Source of the DNA: Mobula hypostoma
Lineage: Eukaryota
Assembly (NCBI RefSeq): GCF_963921235.1
Contig: NC_086097.1
Span: forward strand, 246,018,001 to 246,082,000
Reading direction: 5' to 3'
Length of the DNA: 64,000 nucleotides
Part shown: one piece after another, positions 62,386 to 64,000 of the stretch
How the letters are laid out: each line of letters begins with the position of its first letter
Position numbering within the stretch: position 1 is the first letter of the stretch
Made by a program: the position numbers and the translations under genes
The notes under the pieces: generated by a model
The model's database searches: none
What the model was told of the DNA's origin: nothing
The model's input: the letters and a program-made list of their open reading frames with translations, nothing else

Positions 62386-63744
62386 CATCATGGTGTACTT
62401 CAGATCTGTGACTTTGCTAAGTAGCCATTCCTATATAAAGTATAAACACAAGAAAGTCTGCAGATGCTGGAAATCCAGAGGAATATGCACAAAATTCTGG
62501 AGGAACTTGGCAGGTCCGGCAGTTTCAATGGGAAGGGTGGTGTGTGGGAATAAATAGTCAATATTCAAACTGAGACCTTTCATCGGACTGAAGTTTACAT
62601 ATCACAAGTAGTCTTTATTCATGTGTTTATTTATTGAGATACAGCATGGAATAGGCTGTTCTGACACTTTGAACCACACTGCCCAGCAATCTCCCAACTT
62701 AACCCTAGCCTAGTTACAGGACAATTTGCAATGATCAGTTAATCTACCACCGGTATGTCTTTGGACTGTGGGAGGAAACCAGAGCACCCGATGAAAACCC
62801 ACCCAGTCACGGGGAGAACACACAAACTCCTTACAGGCAGCAGTGGGAATTGAACCTGGGCCGTCTGTACTGCAAAGCGCTGTGCTAACAACCAGAATAT
62901 TTTCTGAAGGAGGGAATGCAATTGAGAATGAGAAGTTTATACAGCTACACACAGAAGTGGGACAAATTACTTCAGTCTGTTAAAGAGCTGATGCAAATAG
63001 GTCAAATGAAAATCTTACAGGGCAAGAGGTCAAGTAATGACTATTCCTTGACCCTAATAGAATGCATTCACAGGCCCTTGAAACTCAGGCAGCAAGCATT
63101 TGAACTTGTTTAGTAATCGACTCTTGATGATGTGTTCAGACGACCTGAATTTCCAGACATGCACAACACATTGTTCACAACCCTTCTTCTATTTTGACTG
63201 TGGTTTCCAGGGGTGGGGGACTGACTGAGTGATGTGTCATGGACACAAGTGTGAGACACGTGGGCAGGACGCTGAAGTATGGTGGGGGGCGGGGGAAGGT
63301 GGAAGTGTGACAGACCTGAGAGAAACCCAGATGGCTCCTAAGCATCAGATTTTGGTGAGTGACTGGGCTGGGAAATAAGACACCAAAGAGGATGTGAGGT
63401 AATGATTGAAAAGGATTTTCTGAGTGGGAAAAACTGATCTAAGAAAACATCTGGACAATACTAACTATCAATACTCCCAGTGACAATTCATTCTTTTACA
63501 GGAAAATTAAGAGTTCACATTCATCAGAGTACAATTTCAACAATAAGTAGTATGCTGCCACAGCAAGTTCAAAGTAAATGTATTATCAAACTATATGCTA
63601 GTCGGTGGTCTCCTCTCCTGCCACGATGATTCCACTCTCTGGTTGGAGGAGCAACACCTCATATTCCGTCTGGGTAGCTTCCAACCCAATGGCATGGACA
63701 TCAACTTCTCTAATTTACAGTAATTTCTCCCCCTCCCCACAGTA

Positions 63745-64000
63745 ATTCATTCGTTCACTATGTGCTGTGTCTTTTGACGTGGGCGATCATGGTCTTTCCA
63801 TGACCATGACTGTTCCTGGCAAAATTTTTCTACAAAGTGGCTTGTCATTGCCTTCTTTTGGGCAGTGCCTTTACAAGACGGGTGACCCCAGCCATTGTCG
63901 ATCCTCTTCAGAGATTGTCTGTCTGGTGTCAGTGGTCGCATAACCAGGACTGGTGATATGTACCTTCTCCTCATACGACCATCTACCACCTGCTCCCATG
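63745..64000 (-). mobile_element. Non-autonomous RTE-derived repeat, truncated by the window edge
   Basis: Minus strand GAAGGCAATGACAAGCCAC (BovB-like 5' UTR motif) joined to ...GACACAGCACATAGTGA; overlaps in sequence with 41595-41643. Confidence 0.6.

Overview
Eukaryotic, repeat-saturated non-coding DNA (intron or intergenic). The repeat complement looks like a cartilaginous fish (shark/ray); this is an inference from family types, not a database match. No host protein-coding gene, rRNA, tRNA gene or CRISPR array is supportable. Nearly all long ORFs are decayed transposable-element pieces: CR1 LINEs (one nearly full length, with ORF1 esterase and ORF2 endonuclease/RT), Rex1/Babar LINEs, an RTE LINE and non-autonomous RTE derivatives, two restriction-like-endonuclease LINE remnants (R4/Dong-like and Hero-like), tRNA/V-SINEs, a solo LTR, and Tc1 and hAT DNA-transposon derivatives, often nested two or three deep. 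The most notable structure is a Penelope-like element (PLE) family whose terminal repeat carries a minimal type I hammerhead ribozyme (consensus CAGTC-CTGANGA-AGGGTCTCGGCCC-GAAA-CG-TC^GACTG). About 20 copies are present. At least six are ~190-240 bp fold-back insertions whose arms meet at the ribozyme, with one arm ~30-50 nt longer than the other; five of the six have clear 9-14 bp target-site duplications. Family names and element boundaries were assigned by eye and are approximate except where a TSD or TIR is quoted.
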